From positions 82,708,001 through 82,772,000 of the forward strand of contig NC_043001.1 of NCBI RefSeq assembly GCF_006345805.1: a stretch of 64,000 nt of DNA, given 5' to 3'. Source of the stretch: Octopus sinensis (Eukaryota). Below, in pieces: positions 63,945 through 64,000 of the stretch. A program made the translations under genes and the position numbers. Each line of letters opens with the position of its first letter. Positions within the stretch are counted from its first letter, which is position 1. The notes beneath the pieces were generated by a model that worked only from the letters and a program-made list of their open reading frames with translations, was not told where the DNA came from and did not search any database.

Positions 63945-64000
63945 AATTTGAAAGAATTACTACTGTTCCCACTGCTGTCGTTGTTGCTCTTTGACTTGTT

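Overview
AT-rich, microsatellite-saturated eukaryotic genomic DNA. The tRNA-derived SINE families, a molluscan-type 5S sequence and the repeat landscape suggest an octopus/cephalopod genome (inference, not verified). No host protein-coding gene is recognisable; most of the supplied ORFs are translations of (TA)n/(CA)n/(ATT)n/(GAT)n/(TCTA)n repeats. The real coding content is transposon-derived: (i) a stack of four different R4/Dong-clade (restriction-like endonuclease) non-LTR retrotransposons, head-to-tail and separated by (TAA)n at 10.8-17.5 kb, one near full length, plus further fragments of this clade; (ii) a truncated Tc1 (DD34E) and a truncated mariner; (iii) a rearranged Penelope-like fragment; (iv) many SINE copies, several with 16-20 bp TSDs; (v) MITEs, long palindromes and minisatellites; (vi) a dispersed 5S rRNA copy. 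The most striking unannotated signal is a set of type I hammerhead-ribozyme-like motifs from about six sequence-distinct repeat families. Some sit as mirror-image pairs in long palindromes, one family shows stem II covariation between copies, and one has a non-canonical core. Other highlights are a SINE that seems to insert into older copies of itself at a fixed site, and a 3'UTR hairpin conserved across the Dong-like families. All structures were read by eye; no folding or database search was run.
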